A DNA stretch of 64,000 bases from Bacteroidetes bacterium OLB10. GTDB taxonomy: Bacteria; Bacteroidota; Bacteroidia; AKYH767-A; OLB10. The first letter of the stretch is position 1; the number at the start of each line of letters is the position of its first letter. The notes beneath the pieces are model-generated. The model saw nothing but the letters and a program-made list of their open reading frames with translations. It had not been told where the DNA came from and searched no databases. This document shows, piece after piece, positions 55,628-64,000 of the stretch. Location: assembly GCA_001567275.1 (NCBI GenBank), contig LNBX01000046.1, forward strand, positions 129,769 through 193,768, read 5' to 3'. Made by a program: the position numbers and the translations under genes.

Positions 55628-56626
55628 ATGAATGAAGCACTAATCATTATAATTGTTCTTGCGCTGGTTTTTGATTTTATCAATGGTTTTCATGATGCTG
55701 CAAATTCTATTGCTACAGTAGTTTCAACCAAGGTGCTCAGTCCGCTCACTGCAGTTATTTGGGCAGCTTCATTTAACTTTCTTGCTTATTGGATTTTTCA
55801 CCTTAAAGTAGCTGACACGGTTGCAAAAACAGTTAATCCGGATAGTATTACTTTAATGGTAGTTGCATCAGGTCTTGTTGCAGCAATCATCTGGAATCTC
55901 TTAACCTGGTGGTGGGGAATTCCAAGCAGTTCATCACATACACTCATAGGTGGATTTGCCGGTGCCGGTATTGCTAATGCAGGAAGTTTGCAAGCTGTAC
56001 ATTTAAGCACAGTATTACCTGTAATTTATTTTATTGTTCTCGCTCCTGTAATGGGAATGGTGTTATCTTACATTATTTCAGTTATAACCATCAACATTTG
56101 TAAGCGATCAAATCCCTCCAAAGTTGACAGAATATTCAGGAGGTTGCAATTGTTGTCATCGGCAGCCTATAGTTTGGGACATGGTGGTAATGATGCGCAA
56201 AAAGTAATCGGGATTGTGGGTGCTGCCATGCTTTCGCATGGAATGATAACAGATATTGAACATATTCCGGAGTGGGTTCCCTTATCCTGTTATACAGCTA
56301 TTGCTTGCGGTACTTTATTTGGCGGATGGCGTATTGTAAAAACAATGGGTCAGAAAGTTACCAAACTCACACCTTTTGAAGGTTTCAGTGCTGAAACTGC
56401 CGGTGCTTTGACACTTTTCTGGACACAACATTTTAAAATTCCGGTAAGTACAACTCACACGATTACAGGTTCCATTGTAGGAGTAGGAATGACAAAAAGA
56501 ATATCTGCTGTAAGATGGGGTGTTACCATTAAACTCATCTGGGCATGGGTGCTTACCATTCCAATTTCAGCAGCTCTTGCTGCCATAGTGTTTCTGATAG
56601 CTAAGAAGTTTGGTTTAAACTTTTAG
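55628..56626 (+). CDS. pit: Inorganic phosphate transporter (PiT family)
   Basis: NGFHDAANSIAT, GIPSSSSH, HGGNDAQK, PVSTTH. Confidence 0.94.
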   Translation: MNEALIIIIVLALVFDFINGFHDAANSIATVVSTKVLSPLTAVIWAASFNFLAYWIFHLKVADTVAKTVNPDSITLMVVASGLVAAIIWNLLTWWWGIPSSSSHTLIGGFAGAGIANAGSLQAVHLSTVLPVIYFIVLAPVMGMVLSYIISVITINICKRSNPSKVDRIFRRLQLLSSAAYSLGHGGNDAQKVIGIVGAAMLSHGMITDIEHIPEWVPLSCYTAIACGTLFGGWRIVKTMGQKVTKLTPFEGFSAETAGALTLFWTQHFKIPVSTTHTITGSIVGVGMTKRISAVRWGVTIKLIWAWVLTIPISAALAAIVFLIAKKFGLNF

Positions 56627-56730
56627 CATCGGATAATTCCGTAAAAATTTTCCAAAACAACTGATTAAGCATAGCTTTGATTTAGCAGTGCTATTCAGGT
56701 ATTTTATTAATTTTGAATTCAAATTAACTC

Positions 56731-57567
56731 ATGTCAAAATTCCTGATGAAAATAATAATCATTCTTTCCATACTATTTTTCCTTGCGGTAATTTGGATGA
56801 CAGGAAAATATTTGGCAGAGCGTGAGTTTGACCGGCAAGTGGATACTCTTTTTAAAAACTCAGGTGAGATTCAGAATAAAAATTTTCAGTATTCACAGTT
56901 GCAGAATTTACCTGAACCGGTTCAACGATATTTTAAACTTGTTCTCCCTGAAGGACAACCCTACATCAGCTACATCAGATTAGAACATGACGGACAATTT
57001 AAAATTGGACCCGATAAAAAATGGACAAATATTGAAGGTGAACAGTATTTTACAACACAATCACCTGGCTTTATCTGGAAAGGTTCAACAAATATGTTTA
57101 CTGCAAGAGATATGTTTTTGTCAGGGAAAGGCAGTTTGACAGTATCGCTTTTTTCGGTAATTAAAATTGTTGATGCCAAAGGCGAGAAGTATGATGATGG
57201 TGAACTTCTCAGATGGCTTGCCGAGAGTGTTTGGTTTCCTACTAATTTTTTACCAAGTGATAATCTTAGATGGACAGCTGTGAATTCTGACCAAGCTGAG
57301 CTAATATTTACATTTGATAAAAAAGAACTGAATTATCTGGTAACTTTTAATCAGAATGGTGAGATTGTTTCTTTTCAAACTAAACGTTATATGAATGAGG
57401 ATAGTCTGGAGATATGGGAAGGGAAGGTGTCATCTTACAAGAGAATAAACGGAATGCTGATACCAACAATGATTGAAGCAGTTTATAAACTTAAAACAGG
57501 AGATTATAGTTATGCAAAGTTTAATCTGAAGAATATTGAGTATGATATTCCTCAAAGGTTTAAATAA
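56731..57567 (+). CDS. Conserved hypothetical membrane-anchored protein (DUF6544/DUF6920-like)
   Basis: N-terminal TM; LPEPVQRYF, PGFIW, ELLRWLAESVWFPT motifs. Confidence 0.65.
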   Translation: MSKFLMKIIIILSILFFLAVIWMTGKYLAEREFDRQVDTLFKNSGEIQNKNFQYSQLQNLPEPVQRYFKLVLPEGQPYISYIRLEHDGQFKIGPDKKWTNIEGEQYFTTQSPGFIWKGSTNMFTARDMFLSGKGSLTVSLFSVIKIVDAKGEKYDDGELLRWLAESVWFPTNFLPSDNLRWTAVNSDQAELIFTFDKKELNYLVTFNQNGEIVSFQTKRYMNEDSLEIWEGKVSSYKRINGMLIPTMIEAVYKLKTGDYSYAKFNLKNIEYDIPQRFK

Positions 57568-57644
57568 ATGTAAAGGATTGAATTGAAATTAATACGGAAG
57601 GTGTTTTTATTAAGTTTGTTTATAAAAGAGTACAGACATAAAAG

Positions 57645-57679
57645 AAAAAGCGGAAGACGCATTGGTGTTCCGCTTTTTT
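57645..57679. terminator. Bidirectional intrinsic terminator between convergent genes
   Basis: AAAAAGCGGAA...TTCCGCTTTTT hairpin. Confidence 0.75.
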
Positions 57680-57703
57680 ATCAAACAATTTACAAAAAGA
57701 GTA

Positions 57704-58108
57704 TCATAATTTTTTGATAGCACCTTCGGCAACCCATTTGTCACCGAATGCTTTTTTATCAAACTGAATGTGATACTTATTTTCGCCCACTTCAATAATT
57801 GTTGCAGGCTCGGGTATCATACCATATTCAACTTCTACTTTATCACCTACTTTAAATTTTGTCAAAGGAGAAGGCGCTGTTTCATTAGAGAAATCTTTCA
57901 GCCTGTCAACAGTTACCCACTCATTCCAGCTGTCGCCCCAGCCATCATAAGTTACGAAATAAGTTTTTTCTTCGGAGTTAACTTTCAGAATTTTTCCCGG
58001 ATACCAGGAACCATTAGAGTTAATCTGCACTTTGTCATTCACCTTTTGTGCAAGCGTAATGGTGAAACTGCCTATGATAAAGGCAAGCGTTAAAATAATT
58101 TTATTCAT
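57704..58108 (-). CDS. Secreted tandem Tudor-knot/Agenet (SH3-like barrel) protein
   Basis: Start at MNKIILTLAF with a signal peptide ending LA-Q; domain 1 GSWYPGKILKV..YFVTYDGWGDSWNEWV; domain 2 FKVGDKVEV..ATIIEV..YHIQFD..DKWV. Confidence 0.75.
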   Translation of the reverse strand: MNKIILTLAFIIGSFTITLAQKVNDKVQINSNGSWYPGKILKVNSEEKTYFVTYDGWGDSWNEWVTVDRLKDFSNETAPSPLTKFKVGDKVEVEYGMIPEPATIIEVGENKYHIQFDKKAFGDKWVAEGAIKKL

Positions 58109-58285
58109 AATATTTAATTTTGTTGTCGAAGATAATCTTTTGAAGATTAGAATTTCTGAATAATTTTTAAAGTTTTCCAACATACACCGTATAATCATCA
58201 GTAATAAATTTTTTTTGAAACAGCATTTACTGTGAGCATGGTTATTTAGGAGTGTTTTTTTTATTTTTGAACGGTTATTAAAGTC

Positions 58286-59158
58286 ATGGCATTACCGATA
58301 AAGACACGTATTCTTAATAAACTCAGGCTCATCAACCAATTACCTTTTGTTGAAAGTTGGTTGGTTAGCCGCTCATTAAAGAAGGATATGTTGGCAAGGA
58401 GAATTATCGGAGGGCAATATCTCTATAAGCATGACACCATACGGAGATGTACGCGTCAGGGAATAAATTATGAATTGCACATTAACGATTATCTGGATCA
58501 CGGGATTTACTTTGGTTTTCAGGATACGGATGATTTTAATCGTGACAGTCTGATGAAACTTGTAAAACCGGGAAGTGTGGTTTTTGATATTGGAGCCAAT
58601 ATAGGTGATACAGCACTGCACATTGCTCACATGCTGAAAAACAGTGGTGCCGTTTATGCTTTTGAACCTTCACCTAAAGTATTCCAAAGGCTTGAGGTCA
58701 ATGCCGGATTAAATCCTTTTACCAATCTGAAACTTTATAACATGGCCATGGGTGATAATGAAGGGCAGTTGTCTTTCGTAAGTACGAGAGAGGAACACAC
58801 CGGAGGAGCTTTTGTAAGTAAAGTACTTAAAACCGATATGCAGGTTAAAGTAATAACACTCGATAAGTTTGTCGAACAAAATAACATTGAACGTATCGAC
58901 TTAATAAAAGTGGATACTGAAGGATTTGAAATGTTTATTGTCAAAGGTGCTGAAAACACTTTAAGAAAATTAAAACCTGCTTTATTTATGGAAGTAAGTG
59001 AAGACCTTCTTCAGCGTGCAGGAGCTTCAGGCAAACAGCTCATAACTTTTCTTGAGTCGCTGAACTATCAGTGCACCCATGCTGAAACAGGAGAATCCGT
59101 TACTTCTCACGATGATTTTAAGCACAGGCATTTTGATGTAATTTGTACTCCTCAGTAA
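58286..59158 (+). CDS. FkbM-family methyltransferase
   Basis: VFDIGANIG, VYAFEP, LIKVDTEGFE. Confidence 0.9.
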   Translation: MALPIKTRILNKLRLINQLPFVESWLVSRSLKKDMLARRIIGGQYLYKHDTIRRCTRQGINYELHINDYLDHGIYFGFQDTDDFNRDSLMKLVKPGSVVFDIGANIGDTALHIAHMLKNSGAVYAFEPSPKVFQRLEVNAGLNPFTNLKLYNMAMGDNEGQLSFVSTREEHTGGAFVSKVLKTDMQVKVITLDKFVEQNNIERIDLIKVDTEGFEMFIVKGAENTLRKLKPALFMEVSEDLLQRAGASGKQLITFLESLNYQCTHAETGESVTSHDDFKHRHFDVICTPQ

Positions 59159-59238
59159 CCGTAATTAATTTAAGGTCAAACGTTTATTGTGTTATAAAAA
59201 AAATTATCTTTGCAGCCTCTAAATTTTAATCGTAAAAA

Positions 59239-59914
59239 ATGACGAATAAGAAGAATTCCGGCTTTGATGTGGAATCTACAATGGACAGAGCAGAATTGTA
59301 TATTCAGGAAAATAAAAAAAAGCCTTACAATTATTGGAGTAGTAGCCCTGTTACTTCTGGGCGGATATTTTGCATACAATCAGTTTATCGTGAAACCTCA
59401 GGAAGAAAATGCCGAGAAGCAGATGTTCATGGCAGAATATTATTTCAAAAATGATTCTTTGGATAAAGCTATTAAAGGTGATGGCAACTTTCCCGGATTT
59501 GAAGAGATTATTTCCAATTATGGTTCTTCCAAATCAGCTAACCTCGCTCATTATTACTTAGGAGTTTCCTTATTGCGCAAAGGTCAGTTTGATGATGCCA
59601 TTGCAGCTCTGTCTAAATATGATGCTGAAGATGATATAACCGGTGCTATTGCTTTCGGATGTATTGGCGATGCTTATCTTGAAAAAGGAGATAAGAGTAA
59701 AGCAATGGAATTTTATAAGAAAGCTACCGATTACGACAATAATCAGTTTACTGCCCCGATTTATATGATGAAACAGGCACTCGTTTACGAACTGAACAAC
59801 GACTATAAATCAGCTGTAGAAATATATAACAATATCAAACGCGATTATCCGAATTCGACCGAAGCACGACAGGTAGCTACCTATCTTTCGCGCGCTCAGG
59901 CCCACATCAACTGA
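59239..59914 (+). CDS. Membrane-anchored TPR protein (YfgM-like); 1-nt frameshift
   Basis: Removing one A at A8 59314-59321 joins MTNKKNSG..ENKKSLTIIG with the TM and TPR helices (ANLAHYYLG, IGDAYLEKG). TATCTTTG -7 box at 59205-59212; upstream of ribH. Confidence 0.85.
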
Positions 59915-59923
59915 TGAGGTGCA

Positions 59924-60427
59924 ATGGCTCAATACGGAGATAACACAGAACTTTTTAATCCGAAAAATTATCCTGACGGATCAGGAATCAAAGTTGGCAT
60001 TTCCACTTCGCAATGGAACAGTGAAGTCACCGACAAACTGCTGGCAGGTGCTATGGAAGTGCTTTCATTAAGCAAAGTTTCAGAAGAGAATATTTACAGT
60101 ATTGCAGTGCCCGGAAGTTTTGAACTTACTGCCGGTGCACAGTGGCTTTTTCAGCATTATCCTGTGGATGTGGTAATTTGTTTAGGCTGTGTAATACAGG
60201 GTGAAACCCGCCATTTCGATTTTATTTGTCATGGTGTGACCAATGGACTCAATGGTGTCATGCTGAAATTCGGTAAACCCGTTATTTTCGGAGTACTTAC
60301 TACCGACAATCAGCAGCAGGCACTGGAGCGCTGTGGAGGAGCACATGGACACAAAGGCCGCGAGGCAGCACTCACCGCTTTGCAGATGGCACTGCTCGAC
60401 AGCCAAAAAAGTAAAATCGGATTTTAG
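59924..60427 (+). CDS. ribH: 6,7-dimethyl-8-ribityllumazine synthase
   Basis: SQWN, VPGSFEL, LGCVIQGETRHFDF, PVIFGVLT, HGHKGREAA. Confidence 0.95.
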   Translation: MAQYGDNTELFNPKNYPDGSGIKVGISTSQWNSEVTDKLLAGAMEVLSLSKVSEENIYSIAVPGSFELTAGAQWLFQHYPVDVVICLGCVIQGETRHFDFICHGVTNGLNGVMLKFGKPVIFGVLTTDNQQQALERCGGAHGHKGREAALTALQMALLDSQKSKIGF

Positions 60428-60443
60428 TTTCCTGATTTATTTT

Positions 60444-61394
60444 TTAAGAAAACGTTTTTACGTTTCCTTCTGCAGTTCTTACTGTGTAAACACCCTGAGC
60501 CAGTTGGCTGATGTCTGCCTGTATACACTGTTTATCTGACGAAACTTTCATTACTGTTTTGCCACTCATATCCAAAATCACAGCATTCATTCCGGCATTG
60601 CAGATAGAAATCTGTTCTGATGCCAAAGTTGGATTGATGGTAAGCTGAGGTAAGCTTATTGTTGGGTTATGAATGCCTGTAGCAGAAGTTGCAGTGATGC
60701 TGACGTCATCCACAGCAAATGCAGGATCAGTAGCAGTCATGGAAGTATTATTTACAAACCTGAATCCGAAACGAAGAGTTGGCTGATGGGCAAATGCCGG
60801 AAGTGAAACATTGATGTTTGTCCAGGTTGACTGATTATAATATTTTGTTAATGGAACTGAAGCCTGTGTCCAGTTAGCACCGCCATCCGTACTGTAATAA
60901 ATTTCTCCATAGTTGTTGTTACTTCCTGAACAAAGCCACCAGAAGTTCACACTAACGCTGTCGTAATTGGATGTGTTGATGTCTGTATTCATGGCTGCAA
61001 AATAGTTTTCAGTCATAAAACACAATCCGTCAGCAGTCTGAAAACAGCTATTATTGACTCCGGCAGCAAGAGCAACCACGCTGTTTAGATGCATATACCA
61101 ACCCGAAGGAGAATTAAAAATTCCGTTTGGTTGAGAGGGAGTTGCAGGTACTGTAAAAGTAAATGGTATTCCCATGCAGGTAACTGCACCTGTGCCGCCT
61201 GCATACGCATTATTTATAACCCACATATTGTAACCAATGGGATTACTGCTTACATCTGATGTATTTAATGTAAATGCTGCGGATGTGAAATTTTCAAAAT
61301 TTTCAGTAAACAATGTGTCCTGAGCGAATGATGCAGTGAGTGTTGCTGTGGTAAGAAATGCTGCACTGAATAAATGTAGTAGAGTTTTTGTCAT
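60444..61394 (-). CDS. Small T9SS type A cargo with one beta-sandwich domain
   Basis: Signal peptide ending FA-Q; YSTDGGANW, LRFGFRF, AVDDV; INPT..DMSGK..DISQLAQGVY CTD. The last codons are probably shifted by an indel (FLKK* near 60437). Confidence 0.8.
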   Translation of the reverse strand: MTKTLLHLFSAAFLTTATLTASFAQDTLFTENFENFTSAAFTLNTSDVSSNPIGYNMWVINNAYAGGTGAVTCMGIPFTFTVPATPSQPNGIFNSPSGWYMHLNSVVALAAGVNNSCFQTADGLCFMTENYFAAMNTDINTSNYDSVSVNFWWLCSGSNNNYGEIYYSTDGGANWTQASVPLTKYYNQSTWTNINVSLPAFAHQPTLRFGFRFVNNTSMTATDPAFAVDDVSITATSATGIHNPTISLPQLTINPTLASEQISICNAGMNAVILDMSGKTVMKVSSDKQCIQADISQLAQGVYTVRTAEGNVKTFS

Positions 61395-61512
61395 ATCGTT
61401 TTATTTTAAATGTTGATTTTTGGATGATATTGTTAAAAATAAATTCTAAAACAAAAATTAGTCAGTCCAAATATACATAATTCATTTTCTAATTTCTAAG
61501 AAAAATGGGAAT

Positions 61513-61547
61513 AAAAAAAGCTGCCCCGGAGTAGGACAGCTTTTTTT
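61513..61547 (-). terminator. Intrinsic terminator of gyrB
   Basis: AAAAAAAGCTGCCC-loop-GGACAGCTTTTTTT. Confidence 0.8.
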
Positions 61548-61565
61548 ATTCATGAAGTTTTTCAG

Positions 61566-63560
<1,995 letters not shown>

Positions 63561-63687
63561 TTAAGAAACGTTCAAATATAAGAAAAAAGCCATTAACACA
63601 GGGTGGCAAAAGGCTATAAATTCAGCTTTTTTTTAACAAAATTTTCCTGTAAATCTTCAGTATAAAATCGCTTTTAATTTAAGAAAA

Positions 63688-64000
63688 TTATTTCAGATAA
63701 AAAAATATTTTTCTTGACGAAAAACGTATGTCAGCTTTTAATTTATGGAGTAAATCGCAGCCTAACACGCCATCAATTTCCTTTAATCCCAACATTCTGT
63801 AAGTTTGGTTGATATGTGATAAATCCAGAACAGCAACTTTTCGTCTGTGAAGAGTAAGTTCTCCTAACCGGATTGTTTTCAACTGTGTAACTGAACTCTG
63901 CATTTCATTGGTTCCAAGTCCTGTTGAGAGGGCATCCTGTTTTTCTAATTTTGGTTTGTCCGAAAAACGACTCAGGCGGTTGCTGTCGAGTACCGTATGT
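63688..64000 (-). CDS. Retropepsin-like (clan AA) aspartic protease, C-terminal part
   Basis: The frame is open to the window edge: HTVLDSNRL..STGLGTNEM..AVLDLSHIN..IDGVLGCDLL. HTVLD is what follows a DTGAS motif, which would lie just outside the window. Confidence 0.7.
   Translation of the reverse strand, partial: HTVLDSNRLSRFSDKPKLEKQDALSTGLGTNEMQSSVTQLKTIRLGELTLHRRKVAVLDLSHINQTYRMLGLKEIDGVLGCDLLHKLKADIRFSSRKIFFYLK

Overview
A 64-kb, AT-rich chromosomal window from a Bacteroidota genome. The assignment rests on TAnnTTTG promoters, a split atpD-atpC unit, the MoxR/DUF58 bat locus, a Bacteroidota-type short SigA homologue and five type IX secretion (T9SS) cargo proteins. Most genes are housekeeping: truA, atpDC, mnmH(selU)-selD, acs, yggS, lpxH, gap, lipA, tRNA-Ala(GGC), sucC, speB, rho, wecE, rdgB, pit, ribH and gyrB. 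These are interspersed with large Cys-rich T9SS surface proteins. About a dozen genes are broken by single-base indels, nearly all in homopolymers, which points to long-read assembly error rather than pseudogenisation. I saw no integrase, transposase, prophage, CRISPR array or defence system. The best leads are: (1) a diverged SigA-type sigma-factor paralogue behind a near-consensus sigma-54 -24/-12 promoter, a possible RpoN-to-alternative-sigma cascade; (2) a YejM/PbgA(LapC)-like gene immediately behind lpxH; (3) an inverted REP-like doublet at 47.0-47.1 kb; (4) a secreted tandem Tudor/Agenet protein; and (5) a Rho with an N/Q-rich disordered insertion. All family calls come from motif recognition by eye; no searches were run.
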